64,000 nt of DNA from Patescibacteria group bacterium (GTDB taxonomy: Bacteria; Patescibacteriota; Minisyncoccia; Phycocordibacterales; GCA-2747955): NCBI GenBank assembly GCA_048538215.1, contig JBLYPV010000001.1:11495-75494 (forward strand), read 5' to 3'. Below are positions 20,323-31,752 of this stretch, piece by piece. A program made the position numbers and the translations under genes. How positions within the stretch are numbered: position 1 is the stretch's first letter; every line of letters starts with the position of its first letter. The notes beneath the pieces are model-generated. The model was not told the origin of the DNA, made no database searches, and worked only from the letters and a program-made list of their open reading frames with translations.

Positions 20323-22785
20323 ATGGCGGAACATACAGACAATAATAAAAATAAACAAGCAGGGCATGACCGTATAATGCCCCAGAGTATTGTGGAGCAG
20401 ATGCGTAAATCTTACCTAGATTATGCGATGTCCGTAATCACATCTCGTGCCCTGCCTGATGTGCGTGATGGGCTCAAGCCAGTACACCGACGAATTATCT
20501 ATGTAATGCAGGAGATGAATCTCACTGCATCTTCTCGCTTCCGCAAATCTGCTGCTGTGGTGGGAGATGTGATGGGTAAATACCATCCACATGGAGACTC
20601 GGCAATTTACGATTCTATGGTGGGAATGGCGCAGGATTTTAACTACCGCTACCCACTTGTATGGGGGCAGGGAAATTTTGGATCAATTGATGGCGATAGC
20701 CCAGCTGCTATGCGTTATACCGAAGCTAAGATGACGCGTATTACCGCTGAATTGCTTGCTGATATCAACAAAAATACCGTTAATTATGCTGATAATTATG
20801 ATGGATCAAGGCAAGAGCCTACCGTGTTGCCCACGCGAGTGCCCAATATTCTTCTCAATGGGGGGCTTGGAATTGCAGTAGGAATGGCCACCAATATTCC
20901 ACCTCATAATCTGACGGAAGTATGTAATGCGCTTATTGAGGTGATTGATAATCCTGATGCTACCACTGAAATATTACTCGAATATATCACCGGCCCTGAT
21001 TATCCTACTGGTGGTATGATATTTGATGCACAGGCGATTCGTGAAGCTTATGAAACGGGTCGTGGAGGGGTCACCACTCGTGGACACGCAATAATTGAAG
21101 AGGGCAAGGGAGGTACCAATCAAATTATTGTAAGCTCTCTTCCATATCGAGTAAATAAGGCTACTTTTGTTGAAAAAATTGCTACTTTATTTAGAGATAA
21201 AAAACTTGAAGGGCTTAAGGATTTGCGTGATGAATCCACTAAGGATATTCGAGTAGTAATCGAGCTCAAACGAGGCGCACAGCCACAACGCATTCTCAAT
21301 GCCTTGTACAAAAATACTCAGCTTGAGGACAATTTTAATTTTAATATGGTGTGTTTGGTGGATGGAGTGCCACAGACTATGAATCTCAAAGGGATTTTGG
21401 GAGAATTCATCAAGCACCGTCAAGAGGTAGTCACGCGAGCTACACAATTTGATTTAGATAAAGCAGAGGCACGGGCACATATAGTAGAAGGACTTAAAGT
21501 GGCACTCGATCATATCGATGAGGTAATCAAGCTTATTCGTGCTTCTCGAGATACAAAAACAGCTCATGCTGGTTTGATGAAAAAATTTTCTTTTTCTCAT
21601 ATCCAAGCTACAGCAATTCTTGAAATGCGCTTACAAAAGCTTTCTGGTCTTGAGCGTAGTAAGGTTGAGGATGAACTCAAAGAGCTTAAGAAAACCATTA
21701 AGGATCTTAAGGCAATCCTTAAGGATCCACAAAAAGTGCTCGATATTATTAAAGAGCAAACAATCGCTATTCGAGATAAGTATGGCGATGAGCGTCGCAC
21801 ACAGGTAATTCCACAAGCTTTAGGCTCTCTCAGTGCTGAAGATCTAATCCCAGAAGAGGAATCCACACTCATTCTCACCTCTGGGGGCTACATCAAGCGT
21901 ACCAATCCTGATGAATTTAAGGCACAAAAACGTGGTGGTAAGGGCGTAGTAGATATGAATACCAAAGAGGAAGATGTAATTGCAGAGTTTATTACTGCTT
22001 CTACTCACGCCGATGTGTTATTTTTTTCTTCTTTAGGAAAAGTGTATGTTACAAAAATGTACGATTTGCCGGAAGGTAGGCGAGCTACACGAGGTAAGTA
22101 TATTGCTAATTTTTTGCCACTTGCAGAAGATGAGACGATTACATCCGTACTAGCTCTAGCAAAAGGCTTCAAAAAAGCAGAGGGGGCACTGATGATGGTC
22201 ACCCAAGACGGAACAATTAAAAAAACAGACATTAATGCTTTTGCTAATGTGAGATCAAATGGCATTATTGCAATTAATCTTAAAGACAATAACAAATTGG
22301 TAGATGCACGTGTAGTCAAAGCAGGGGATACAGTGTTGCTCGCAAGTCACAAAGGGCAAGCAATTCGTTTTAAAGAAGATGACATTCGAGCAATGGGCCG
22401 GACTGCTTCAGGAGTACGGGGGATGAAATTGTCGCAAGGTGATTACGTAGTATCAATGTCTGTTATTCCTAAAGAATGGGCGAATACCTCTCTTTTGATT
22501 CTTGGGGAGCATGGATACGGAAAAAAGACTGATGTACAGGATTATAAGATTCAGGGTCGAGGAGGCTCGGGGGTGAAAGCTATGAAGGTAACTTCCAAAA
22601 CAGGGCCAGTAGTGGGAGCTCTTCTGATAAGTGCTGAGCACCAGGAGGTGATTGCTATGAGTAGCAAATCGCAAGTAATACGCCTTTCGCTTGATGATAT
22701 TCCACTCCTCGGTCGGGATACTCAGGGGGTGCGTGTTATGCGACTAAAAACAGGTGACACCATAGCTAGCTTTGTACGGGTATAG
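20323..22785 (+). CDS. gyrA: DNA gyrase subunit A
   Basis: The [10 protein letters not shown] catalytic-Tyr region and QRFR-like motifs are present. C-terminal beta-pinwheel repeats are present. Confidence 0.92.
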   Translation: MAEHTDNNKNKQAGHDRIMPQSIVEQMRKSYLDYAMSVITSRALPDVRDGLKPVHRRIIYVMQEMNLTASSRFRKSAAVVGDVMGKYHPHGDSAIYDSMVGMAQDFNYRYPLVWGQGNFGSIDGDSPAAMRYTEAKMTRITAELLADINKNTVNYADNYDGSRQEPTVLPTRVPNILLNGGLGIAVGMATNIPPHNLTEVCNALIEVIDNPDATTEILLEYITGPDYPTGGMIFDAQAIREAYETGRGGVTTRGHAIIEEGKGGTNQIIVSSLPYRVNKATFVEKIATLFRDKKLEGLKDLRDESTKDIRVVIELKRGAQPQRILNALYKNTQLEDNFNFNMVCLVDGVPQTMNLKGILGEFIKHRQEVVTRATQFDLDKAEARAHIVEGLKVALDHIDEVIKLIRASRDTKTAHAGLMKKFSFSHIQATAILEMRLQKLSGLERSKVEDELKELKKTIKDLKAILKDPQKVLDIIKEQTIAIRDKYGDERRTQVIPQALGSLSAEDLIPEEESTLILTSGGYIKRTNPDEFKAQKRGGKGVVDMNTKEEDVIAEFITASTHADVLFFSSLGKVYVTKMYDLPEGRRATRGKYIANFLPLAEDETITSVLALAKGFKKAEGALMMVTQDGTIKKTDINAFANVRSNGIIAINLKDNNKLVDARVVKAGDTVLLASHKGQAIRFKEDDIRAMGRTASGVRGMKLSQGDYVVSMSVIPKEWANTSLLILGEHGYGKKTDVQDYKIQGRGGSGVKAMKVTSKTGPVVGALLISAEHQEVIAMSSKSQVIRLSLDDIPLLGRDTQGVRVMRLKTGDTIASFVRV

Positions 22786-22816
22786 AGGCTTGTGATATAA
22801 ATTTCTCATATCTATA

Positions 22817-23761
22817 TTACTCATCGCTCTCTACAGCCAATTTCTGTACAGGTAATGGATAATAGCTATCGATATCTTTTGCTACGTTTGCTCTTACTTT
22901 TTCATCTGGATTAGTGTGATGTACTTCGTAGTATAAGCCGAGCGCTGCCTCACGCGCTTGGGCTGGGTCATCGCTCACTAATTTACGCAGATACTCATCT
23001 GATCCGGGAGATTGTACTAGATCAGCCAAGACCATTAGTCGTTGGGCGTCGATACTAGTATCAGTGATAGTTTCTGGATTTTCATATAGTTTAGCTGCCC
23101 AATCCAAATACTCATTATCTAAATTAGCATTTTGTATATTATTTCGTTTGAGAATATCAAGGATGCGATTGATTGAGGTATGCACGGAGCTATCCTTTTT
23201 GCCCTCACTGTTATTAGCAGTTAGATATTGGTAATAGCCACGAGCCGAGCTTTTTGGATTGACTGCTTGTGGATTCCAATCGGATTCAATATCAATAAAT
23301 AAATCTAGTAGCTTATCAAGCTCTACAATAAATCTCTCGGAGTCTACACCGAGACGCTCAGCTTCTTGCTTGGCAATAAAATCAAATAAGTATAAAGGGT
23401 ACTTAAATTCGCTCATAGAGCGCCATTCTTCTGGGCGTATTTCTGCTCGAGGTGTATGGGAAGAGGGCTTCTCCACCTCTACTCGTATCTTCGTTTGTCG
23501 CCTTGGCTCAATATCGGAAGTATAACCTAAAGATGTTTGTCGCTCTTGTTGCTTGATGGATTCCTCGACACTTTCTTGCGTTTGGTATGGAGCTGAATCA
23601 TTATATGAGTAAGCTGGATTAAGATCATGAGAGATGGCGGTCGATATTCCTCCAATCACAGCTGTATTACCAAGTATAGCGGCTATCTTTGCTTTCCGTG
23701 AAAGAGCGCTTTGGGGATGTTGTTTTTCTACTTTTTTGTGAATACTAGGGATGCCTTCCAT
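22817..23761 (-). CDS. Membrane-anchored SLT-domain (lytic transglycosylase-like) protein
   Basis: IESDWNPQAVNPKSSARGYYQYL fits the SLT family-1 catalytic motif (ES…NP.A.S..GA.G..Q). One TM helix is present. It is a paralog of 23823..24611. Confidence 0.5.
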   Translation of the reverse strand: MEGIPSIHKKVEKQHPQSALSRKAKIAAILGNTAVIGGISTAISHDLNPAYSYNDSAPYQTQESVEESIKQQERQTSLGYTSDIEPRRQTKIRVEVEKPSSHTPRAEIRPEEWRSMSEFKYPLYLFDFIAKQEAERLGVDSERFIVELDKLLDLFIDIESDWNPQAVNPKSSARGYYQYLTANNSEGKKDSSVHTSINRILDILKRNNIQNANLDNEYLDWAAKLYENPETITDTSIDAQRLMVLADLVQSPGSDEYLRKLVSDDPAQAREAALGLYYEVHHTNPDEKVRANVAKDIDSYYPLPVQKLAVESDE

Positions 23762-23822
23762 CTATAAATTATAGCAAAAAATGATTAGAAATAAGCTTGC
23801 CAATATGGGGTAATGTTGATAT

Positions 23823-24611
23823 TTATCTCTGTGCTACTACCTGAGAGTGATGAGCAAAGTATTCTTGGTATACACGCTGAGTACGGCGAATGGTAAACTG
23901 ATCGGGATTAGTATGGTGATAGCGATAGTAGGCGGTAATTCCTGCTTCGTCATCTCCTGCTAAGAATTGGCGGAAGTAATCGGTGCCTCGTTCATAATCT
24001 TGCTCAATAATATTGATTATCATCAATACAGCCTGACGATTATAGGCTACATCATAGATGGCCTGAGGATTATAGTAGAGGTGCACACTCCAACGAGGAA
24101 TGGCGCCAATATCATAACGCCTATAGTAGTTGATGAGTCGATTATGGGCTGTTTGTATTGATTCGTCTTTAAATTGAAAGTATGACATTGCTCCAGATTG
24201 GTTGTACGCACGAGAATTCATCTCACTTTCAATTTGAGCTACCATATCAATATACGTATCGGTACGCTTTGCCCAAGCGTCACCTGTAATACGATGACGA
24301 GATACTTCATTAAGGATAATATTTCGCAGTGCTGGATCCCAATCTTCAGGAATAGTAACAGAAGCTCCATCTGATTGTGGATTGGTGGTATATGCCCAAG
24401 CAGAGGTGGGGGTATAGAGCAGAGTCGGGGCGATTAGTATTCCTAGAGCTAATATGCCTAAACAAACGCGTACACGCAAATAGCGCTTAATTTGGTGTAT
24501 TTTGTCTGCTTTTGAAGCAAGAGAAAAAAATCCAATATGCGGGCCATCTGGCCCCAGGGGTATCGGCACATCACCTGCATCAGGTGATGAGCTATGTGAC
24601 ACATGAGTCAT
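23823..24611 (-). CDS. Membrane-anchored SLT-domain (lytic transglycosylase-like) protein, paralog
   Basis: IESEMNSRAYNQSGAMSYFQF motif. It shares the C-terminal …YY..HHTNPD… region with the adjacent gene. Confidence 0.45.
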   Translation of the reverse strand: MTHVSHSSSPDAGDVPIPLGPDGPHIGFFSLASKADKIHQIKRYLRVRVCLGILALGILIAPTLLYTPTSAWAYTTNPQSDGASVTIPEDWDPALRNIILNEVSRHRITGDAWAKRTDTYIDMVAQIESEMNSRAYNQSGAMSYFQFKDESIQTAHNRLINYYRRYDIGAIPRWSVHLYYNPQAIYDVAYNRQAVLMIINIIEQDYERGTDYFRQFLAGDDEAGITAYYRYHHTNPDQFTIRRTQRVYQEYFAHHSQVVAQR

Positions 24612-24704
24612 AGTGAGTGCATTATATACACATTGACAAAAATGTCAATGTGTTATCAACATACTGATATTTGAGCTCTGCTGACTATGTGCTAGGCTCA
24701 ATGT

Positions 24705-25133
24705 ATGAAAAAAATGATGGCACTCCTTGTTGGCAATAAGCGGGATGTGTTTTGGGGAGTAGTAAACGCACTTATAGTGTCAAGTGTTGTGTATTGGATC
24801 AATTATGGTGAGTACGGCGTATTGGCGGCCACCATTAAGCAGGCAATATACGCTTTGTTTTTTGGCTCACATATGGTGAGAGTGGCTCGCTTTGTCTCTT
24901 CCTGGGCTTTATCACACTACTATATCCCTAATGCGCTCGCTGTGTGGATAGGGATTGGCTCGGCTTTTCTTTTAAACACTAGCGCTATTACTATTTTGCA
25001 TACAGTAAAGGGTACACCACACCCACTACATACTATTTTTGCTATTACAACTATGTCTTTGGTGGGGCTTAGTATTGTGGGGCATATAGAAGTTCGTCGT
25101 CTGCGGAGCACTAAGCACCAAATTGATTTATAG
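24705..25133 (+). CDS. Membrane protein (142 aa, 4 TM)
   Basis: Hydrophobic ORF. Confidence 0.4.
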   Translation: MKKMMALLVGNKRDVFWGVVNALIVSSVVYWINYGEYGVLAATIKQAIYALFFGSHMVRVARFVSSWALSHYYIPNALAVWIGIGSAFLLNTSAITILHTVKGTPHPLHTIFAITTMSLVGLSIVGHIEVRRLRSTKHQIDL

Positions 25134-25200
25134 GAGAGGACCCCACCTTCTTGGGTGACTTTTTATTTATATACGATAAATCTCTGCTATACTAGCGGAT

Positions 25201-26997
25201 ATGAAACAAGAGCATATTCGCAATTTTTCTATCATTGCCCATATTGATCATGGTAAATCGACTTTGTCCGACAGAATGCTTGATGAAACTCACACAGTAG
25301 AGGATAGAAAAATGCAAGATCAAATGCTTGATACTATGGAGCTTGAGCGAGAACGAGGTATTACTATCAAGATGCAACCAGTGAGGATGAAATATGAATA
25401 TGAAGATAATGAATATATTTTGAACCTGATTGATACGCCAGGCCATATTGATTTTTCTTATGAAGTCTCTCGTTCACTCAAAGCAGTGGAAGGAGCGGTG
25501 GTGCTCGTGGATGCTACCCAGGGCATACAAGCACAGACACTCACTACTCTTGAAATGGCACAAGAGGCTGGCTTGTGCATTATTCCAGCACTTTCCAAAA
25601 CAGATAGCCCACTTGCACGTATAGAAGAGGTAAAGGAAGAGCTTGCTTTATTGGTAGATTGTGAGCTTGAAGATATTATCGAGACATCGGGGAAAACAGG
25701 TGCTGGAGTAGCCCAATTGCTCGATCGAGTAGTAAAAGAAGTGCCACCACCTCGATCTACCTATACTCAAGCGGGAGATGTGCGAGCTTTGGTTTTTGAT
25801 TTTAAATACCATCCAAATAAGGGGATTGTGGTCTTTGTACGGATGCTCGACGGGGAGCTAGAAAAAGGGCAGGATATGATTTTCAAGGCAGTAGGAGAAA
25901 AATTTAATGCCCAAGAGGTAGGATTTTTTAGTCCAGAAGAGGTACCTACTAAGGTACTATATCCAGGCGAAATCGGCTATATTGTAACCGGTATTAAAAA
26001 GCCAGGTATTGCGAGCGTAGGGGATACAATCGTACGTAGTGCGAATCCACTTGAGGAATTTGGAGGCTATCGTACCCCACGCCCAGTGGTCTGGGCATCA
26101 ATCTATCCTGAGGATCAGGATGATTTTGAGCACCTAAAGGCATCGCTCTCTCGACTCAAACTTTCAGATAGCTCTCTTTCATATGACGAGGAGACTAGTG
26201 GCTCGCTTGGTCGAGGATTTCGCTGTGGCTTTTTGGGAATGTTGCACTTAGAGATCGTCACTGAGCGCTTGCGACGAGAGTTTGATCTCGCGCTTATTAT
26301 TACTCAGCCAAGTATTGAGTATCACATTACTCGGACAAATGGTGCTCAAGAGATTATCTACAATCCATCGCTCTTTCCTGATATGGGAGAGATAGCGAAT
26401 ATTGAGGAGCCATGGGTAGAGCTTAAGATTATTACTCCAGATGATTATACTGGAGTGGTCTCGCAACTTTTGTTTCATCATGAGGGGCAGATGAAATCAA
26501 GCTATACTATTGGAGATGGGAGGATTGAAATTGTTGGCGAGCTACCACTTCGTGAGCTTATGAGAGGATTTTTCGATGAGCTTAAATCACATACTTCTGG
26601 CTTTGCTTCGCTTTCATATGAGCCACTTGAATATCGTAAAGCTGAGGTAAGTCGTATGGATATTTTGATTGCCGATGAGGTCATCCCGGCCTTTGCCCGG
26701 GTGGTATCCAAGGCCCGGGCACAAGAGGAGGCTGAGCTTGTGGTCGAACGATTGTATGAAGTGATGCCACGGCAAAATTTTGTAATGAAAATACAGGCTC
26801 ATGCCTTGGGACGCATACTTTCATCTAAGACGATCAAGGCATTTCGAAAAGATGTTACGGCAAAGTTGTATGGTGGTGATGTAACACGAAAGCGTAAATT
26901 GCTTGAAAAGCAAAAGAAAGGAAAAAGTAAAATGAAAGCACAAGGAAAAGTAGACATTCCTCAAAACGTTTTTATGCATATGATGCGATCAAAGTAA
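25201..26997 (+). CDS. lepA: Elongation factor 4 (LepA)
   Basis: NFSIIAHIDHGKSTL, DTPGH and the LepA-specific C-terminal domain are present. Confidence 0.92.
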   Translation: MKQEHIRNFSIIAHIDHGKSTLSDRMLDETHTVEDRKMQDQMLDTMELERERGITIKMQPVRMKYEYEDNEYILNLIDTPGHIDFSYEVSRSLKAVEGAVVLVDATQGIQAQTLTTLEMAQEAGLCIIPALSKTDSPLARIEEVKEELALLVDCELEDIIETSGKTGAGVAQLLDRVVKEVPPPRSTYTQAGDVRALVFDFKYHPNKGIVVFVRMLDGELEKGQDMIFKAVGEKFNAQEVGFFSPEEVPTKVLYPGEIGYIVTGIKKPGIASVGDTIVRSANPLEEFGGYRTPRPVVWASIYPEDQDDFEHLKASLSRLKLSDSSLSYDEETSGSLGRGFRCGFLGMLHLEIVTERLRREFDLALIITQPSIEYHITRTNGAQEIIYNPSLFPDMGEIANIEEPWVELKIITPDDYTGVVSQLLFHHEGQMKSSYTIGDGRIEIVGELPLRELMRGFFDELKSHTSGFASLSYEPLEYRKAEVSRMDILIADEVIPAFARVVSKARAQEEAELVVERLYEVMPRQNFVMKIQAHALGRILSSKTIKAFRKDVTAKLYGGDVTRKRKLLEKQKKGKSKMKAQGKVDIPQNVFMHMMRSK

Positions 26998-27180
26998 TGC
27001 TCAATGCCTATTAGTAGAATAGGTATATCAAAGGCATAGCTGCCATTGAGAGTGCTACAAAAGAGCCCATCACGATCCAAAATATCCGTATCCATTTGCT
27101 TTGCTTTCCAAACATATTATAGCCCTATTGTACTATGCTTGGGGAAGGTATGCCAAGTGGGGTATAATACTATATGATAT

Positions 27181-27552
27181 ATGAGTAGGGCTACAATTAT
27201 TTGGTATAGAAATCTTAAGTACATCACAATTATTATTGTGATAATTGTAGGTATTATTATGCTTTTGATGGGGATTATAAACCTGTATGGCACTTATCAG
27301 GAAGCTTCTTCTCGCTATCATCAAGCTCAAATAGAACAAGAATTGTTGATCGATAGGAAAGAAGAGCTAGAAGAGCGCAATAATCTCCTTAATACTCCTA
27401 CAGGAAAGCGGGATTTTTTGGTAGAGCGAAAAGCTATGATCAGTAAAGGGGAAAGGGTACTTATTTTAGTGGAAGACGATCGCTTGGTTTCACAAGAGGG
27501 GAGTAATAAAGAAGTGGTGGATATACCATGGTGGCGATGGTGGGCTCGTTGA
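27181..27552 (+). CDS. FtsB/DivIC-like septum formation initiator (TM + coiled coil). The real start may be the internal Met (MLLMGIINLYG…).
   Basis: One TM helix is followed by a coiled coil (QAQIEQELLIDRKEELEERNNLLN). It converges on ftsA. Confidence 0.45.
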   Translation: MSRATIIWYRNLKYITIIIVIIVGIIMLLMGIINLYGTYQEASSRYHQAQIEQELLIDRKEELEERNNLLNTPTGKRDFLVERKAMISKGERVLILVEDDRLVSQEGSNKEVVDIPWWRWWAR

Positions 27553-27568
27553 TATGAATGCTATTTAT

Positions 27569-28714
27569 TTAGGCAAAATAAGCACGCATTTTTATCCATA
27601 TATTGCGTAGAATTTTTGTGAGGAAATTACGCTTTTGGACTCGCTCAAGCTCAAGAGCATTGATAGCCACTCCGTATACACTTGACCAAGCAATTTCTCG
27701 CTCATCTTGCTCTTTCCGATAAGCACGCACTACTGCTCGACGAGTAGGGATTTTGAGAGTATCTTTGGCAATCTGCTCAATTCCTTGTACGAGTGCTCCA
27801 CCACCGCAGAGAATTGCTCCGCCAGGCAAATTTCCTTTTTTATTAATATTTTTGAGCTGGACATTGATTTTACGAAAAAGTTCTTGACAGTTTTTATTTA
27901 TAATTTTATTGAGTCGAGCCAGAGTGAGTGATTCTGGTAGGGGCCCACCTTTTTTAATAAGCTCCGCTTCTGAGAGAGAAATTTGGAGCTCAAGAGCAAT
28001 GGCTTGGGTGAGGTCATCACTACCGCTGTCTAGATAGCCAATGTAAACTGGCTTATCCTGCTCGTAGACAATAAAAGAAGTGGTATCACTTCCAATGTCT
28101 ATTAATACACATCCCACTCTTCGATCAATAGTATTGAGTGAAACAATACTGGATCCTACCACCGCTGGGAAAAAATGGGCCACAGATACATCTAAGGTAT
28201 CGAGCACATCTTCGATTGCGTCCATATTTTGGCTTGCGTAATTGAAAAGCATTACAGAAACCTCCAATTTTTTACCCTGCATACCAATGGGCTCGGATAT
28301 GGTTTCTTTGCCGTCGAGCTTGTAGCCCAAGATAATTTTATCTATATTTCGTTCGTTGGTGCCTAAAGATCGATGAATTGATCGCCTGGTAGCATTTTCG
28401 ATGTCAACTTCTGTGACGTAGCCATTTCCATGACTTACCGCCACGGTAGACGATGCAATCTTTGTGCTAAGGGGGCTTCCTCCTGCGGTAATATGTAATT
28501 CCTCGATAGTTTGCCCTAATTGTTTTTCAGTAAGGCGAAGTGCCTTTTTTATCGCTATGGTTGCCTCAGACTTATTTGTGAGATAGCCCGCTCGGATTCC
28601 TTGGGATGACGCATCTGCACGGGCTTGTAAAACAATACGCCCGTCGGATACTTCACCAGCAACAACTCGGATGGTGTTACTTCCAATATCAATAGCGGCA
28701 ATGGGATGGGACAT
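27569..28714 (-). CDS. ftsA: Cell division protein FtsA (actin-like ATPase)
   Basis: N-terminal AAIDIGSNTIRVVAGE and overall ASKHA-fold similarity to FtsA/PilM. Confidence 0.7.
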   Translation of the reverse strand: MSHPIAAIDIGSNTIRVVAGEVSDGRIVLQARADASSQGIRAGYLTNKSEATIAIKKALRLTEKQLGQTIEELHITAGGSPLSTKIASSTVAVSHGNGYVTEVDIENATRRSIHRSLGTNERNIDKIILGYKLDGKETISEPIGMQGKKLEVSVMLFNYASQNMDAIEDVLDTLDVSVAHFFPAVVGSSIVSLNTIDRRVGCVLIDIGSDTTSFIVYEQDKPVYIGYLDSGSDDLTQAIALELQISLSEAELIKKGGPLPESLTLARLNKIINKNCQELFRKINVQLKNINKKGNLPGGAILCGGGALVQGIEQIAKDTLKIPTRRAVVRAYRKEQDEREIAWSSVYGVAINALELERVQKRNFLTKILRNIWIKMRAYFA

Positions 28715-28960
28715 ATCAATAGTAAAAAAGTTTATACGATAAATATCACAAGGCGATGCTTGTCACTCTGTGTAGGGCACTAATGCTTTTTCCATTGTAT
28801 CACTTATATACGATTGCTTCCAATTCGCCGATAGTGGAAAACAGCCAGCTTCTACAACAAAAAGAGAAGTATATAGCTAAGGCCTAGCTTGTAGTATTAT
28901 AGACAAAACTCTGCATTTTAGTACAGAGTTTTGTGTATATTTCCAATATATGTAGAGGAA

Positions 28961-29185
28961 TTATTTTATTTTTCCGAGCTTGCGTAGATGATCGCGCTCT
29001 ACTTGTTTGTTTATTCGTCGTAGTGCTTGTTGTTTACGCTTGAGATTTGAGGGCTCTCGTTCTTGAAATTTTAAGCTCTTGAGCTTTGAGACTACCCCTG
29101 AAGAACGAACCTGCATAGTAAAGCGCTTCAATACCTGAGTAGCATTTTCATTGTCTCGTTTGTGTATGTGTACATTTGTTGCCAT
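28961..29185 (-). CDS. rpsU: 30S ribosomal protein S21
   Basis: HKRDNENATQVLKRFTMQVRSSGVVSKLK…EREPSNLKRKQ parallels S21 ([44 protein letters not shown]). Confidence 0.65.
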   Translation of the reverse strand: MATNVHIHKRDNENATQVLKRFTMQVRSSGVVSKLKSLKFQEREPSNLKRKQQALRRINKQVERDHLRKLGKIK

Positions 29186-29229
29186 ATCAAGCGCAAGGAT
29201 ACCATAGTCATTGCTATTTGCAAGAGTCT

Positions 29230-30348
29230 TTAGATTACTTTCTTCATATAGCGGGCTAATTCAGCCACACTCACTTCGTCTTGGGCGCTTGTTTCCATAT
29301 TTCTCACAAGCACTTTACCGCGATTAGCCTCTTGTTGGCCAATAATCAAAGCGTATTGTGCTTTGTTGGCTACTGCCTCTTCGAGTTGTTGAGATATTTT
29401 ACTCTCATCAAGAGAGTGATAGATGGGGACACAGGCGGCCTTCATAGCTTCGAGGATATCAAGAGACTTCATACGAGCATTACTACCAATTTTTATTAAA
29501 TGAATACTTACATCTTTACGGCTTATTTGATTGGCCCTTGGTAGGCGTTTGAAATCCATGGAGAGCCCTACTGCAGAGATTTTGCGCTTGCGCGTGGTTT
29601 GCGAGGCGAGCTCATCATAGCGACCACCTCGAGCAAGAATCTGTGATTTCTTTTCTTTACCACTACGGCCCGAAATAGTAAAGATAAGCTTCGAGAAGTA
29701 ATTTTTATGCCCCATAAGAGAGTCATTGATTTGGTAAGCAAGCCCCGCACCTTCGAGGTACTCTAATACTTCTTTGAAATGAGATGAGCTTTCATCTGAA
29801 AGGAAGTAGATGGGCTTGGGAGCATCTTCATTAATTTCTTGCATATACTCTTTTGAAGAGCAAAATAATTGCATTACTTCATTCTGATTGATTTTTTTAC
29901 GCTCAGGAGCTTTCAAGATCTCTGATTTTTCTCTGTAGTAAGTAAGTAATTCTTTTTCAAATCGTTTAACTGATTCTTTGTCACCTATTGAATTGAGCTC
30001 TATGCAAAGGTCTTTATAGCCTTCTTCTTTAAGAATGGAGAGAGCTGTTTGAATTACCATTGCTTCAGCAAGAGCATTGTCTACACCAATGACATCCAAG
30101 CCCATAGTGTATGCTTTAGCAGAGGCGCCCTTTTCTTTTATTAAGGGCTTGTTGTAAAAAAGCATTGATTTTGGTATTTCACGCTTCAAGTCGTACGCTC
30201 GAGTATAGTACTTGAGTACTTTAAGCTTCTCTTCCTCGGCTCGCTCTCCAGAGGCCTTATTACCAGAGCTTTCTTTTATCTCAGCAAAATCGAAGCCATA
30301 ATGCATCGCTGTTTGCTCTGGGGTATAGCGTTGTTTTTTCTTATTCAT
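29230..30348 (-). CDS. hisS: Histidine--tRNA ligase (short, 372 aa)
   Basis: Class II motifs including motif 3 (GGRYD) and a C-terminal anticodon-binding domain. Confidence 0.85.
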   Translation of the reverse strand: MNKKKQRYTPEQTAMHYGFDFAEIKESSGNKASGERAEEEKLKVLKYYTRAYDLKREIPKSMLFYNKPLIKEKGASAKAYTMGLDVIGVDNALAEAMVIQTALSILKEEGYKDLCIELNSIGDKESVKRFEKELLTYYREKSEILKAPERKKINQNEVMQLFCSSKEYMQEINEDAPKPIYFLSDESSSHFKEVLEYLEGAGLAYQINDSLMGHKNYFSKLIFTISGRSGKEKKSQILARGGRYDELASQTTRKRKISAVGLSMDFKRLPRANQISRKDVSIHLIKIGSNARMKSLDILEAMKAACVPIYHSLDESKISQQLEEAVANKAQYALIIGQQEANRGKVLVRNMETSAQDEVSVAELARYMKKVI

Positions 30349-30371
30349 AATTAAAAGTGGATAGTGTTGTT

Positions 30372-30998
30372 TTATGTGTTTGATTGATCAGGTACAGCAT
30401 CACCCTGTCGGTATCGCCCTGGCATAAGATCAATCTTATTCAAAGGGAATAAACGGAGTACCGGCTCTCCGCGGATGTTGTCTATGTTAAGTGGCCCCCA
30501 TGATCGTGAATCGAAGCTATCAATCCGATTGTCACCCATCATAAAATATTCGTCATCATCAAGCTCCATAAGAGTAGTGCCTAGAGTGCGACTTGATGCG
30601 TAGGGCTCTTCGAGTAGTATTTCTTCATGATCCTCACTTTGTGCATACACATGACCATCATGGATGGAAATGGTTTCTCCGGGTAAGCCAATTACTCGTT
30701 TAATATAAAATTTATCTTCTTCTACAGGTGAGCGAAATACCAAAACATCACCACGATCAATTGACCCAAGCTTGTATTCAAATTTATTAATAATGAGATA
30801 GTGTCCGGTGGCATAAGTATCAGCCATTGAAACACCAGTTACAATGTAGGGCTCAGCCACAAAGTAGCGTATAGGAAGAACTACCAAGAGTACAATCAAG
30901 GCAAAGTCTAAAAGCTCGCGTGTCCAACTGCGAGGCTTGGGGGGTGTATTTTTGTCTTCTTCTGCCATAGGCTTTGAGCTTTGAGTACCGCGAAACAT
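30372..30998 (-). CDS. lepB: Signal peptidase I
   Basis: Catalytic Ser box (VTGVSMADTY), Lys box, GDNR…S.DSR. Confidence 0.85.
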   Translation of the reverse strand: MFRGTQSSKPMAEEDKNTPPKPRSWTRELLDFALIVLLVVLPIRYFVAEPYIVTGVSMADTYATGHYLIINKFEYKLGSIDRGDVLVFRSPVEEDKFYIKRVIGLPGETISIHDGHVYAQSEDHEEILLEEPYASSRTLGTTLMELDDDEYFMMGDNRIDSFDSRSWGPLNIDNIRGEPVLRLFPLNKIDLMPGRYRQGDAVPDQSNT

Positions 30999-31057
30999 TA
31001 GGCGGGATTATATCAGAAAAAGACCATATTGTATATGGTAGTTTTGATTTTTAATTT

Positions 31058-31663
31058 TTGGATTATACTGTAAGTATGTATTACATCATTGGCTTAGGTA
31101 ATCCCGGCAATCAATATCAATATACACCACACAATATTGGGAGAGAATTACTTGAAGAGCTTGTAAGGATGAGATATGGTGATAAACCTTGGAGATCAGA
31201 AAAACGCGCGCGAGTACTCAAAGATTCTATTGGGGAGCTGCCTGTAGAGTACATCCTTCCTGATACCTTTATGAATCGCTCGGGCGAGGTATTTCGTGAT
31301 AAAAAGATAGAAAATGCAGAGTTTGTAATTGTTATTTATGATGATATCAGCTTGCCTTTTGGCGAGATTCGTCTTTCAAAATCTCGTGGAGATGGGGGGC
31401 ACAATGGCATAAAATCTATCGAGGAATCACTCAAATCCCGGAGTTTTATCCGCTTTAGAGTGGGAGTAGCTCCTCGAGACATTTTTGGAAGATTACGAAT
31501 TCCACAAGGTGGAGTGCCTCGTACCAATTACTTGGTGGGCAAAAAGATGTCGGTCCGCAAGCGGGCACAGTATCAAGCGCTCGCACAAAGGATAGATACT
31601 TTTATTGAATATATCCTCAAGGAAGGATACGAGTATGCGGTAAGCAAACAGGGTGATTTATAA
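31058..31663 (+). CDS. pth: Peptidyl-tRNA hydrolase
   Basis: YIIGLGNPGNQYQYTPHNIG N-terminal signature. Confidence 0.85.
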   Translation: MDYTVSMYYIIGLGNPGNQYQYTPHNIGRELLEELVRMRYGDKPWRSEKRARVLKDSIGELPVEYILPDTFMNRSGEVFRDKKIENAEFVIVIYDDISLPFGEIRLSKSRGDGGHNGIKSIEESLKSRSFIRFRVGVAPRDIFGRLRIPQGGVPRTNYLVGKKMSVRKRAQYQALAQRIDTFIEYILKEGYEYAVSKQGDL

Positions 31664-31752
31664 AATAAGCAAGAAGAAATATTAAAATAGGGCATTGTTT
31701 CTGTCCCCAGGTAAGCTCTCGTATTTTCTCTTATGTCATTTATAATGAGTAT

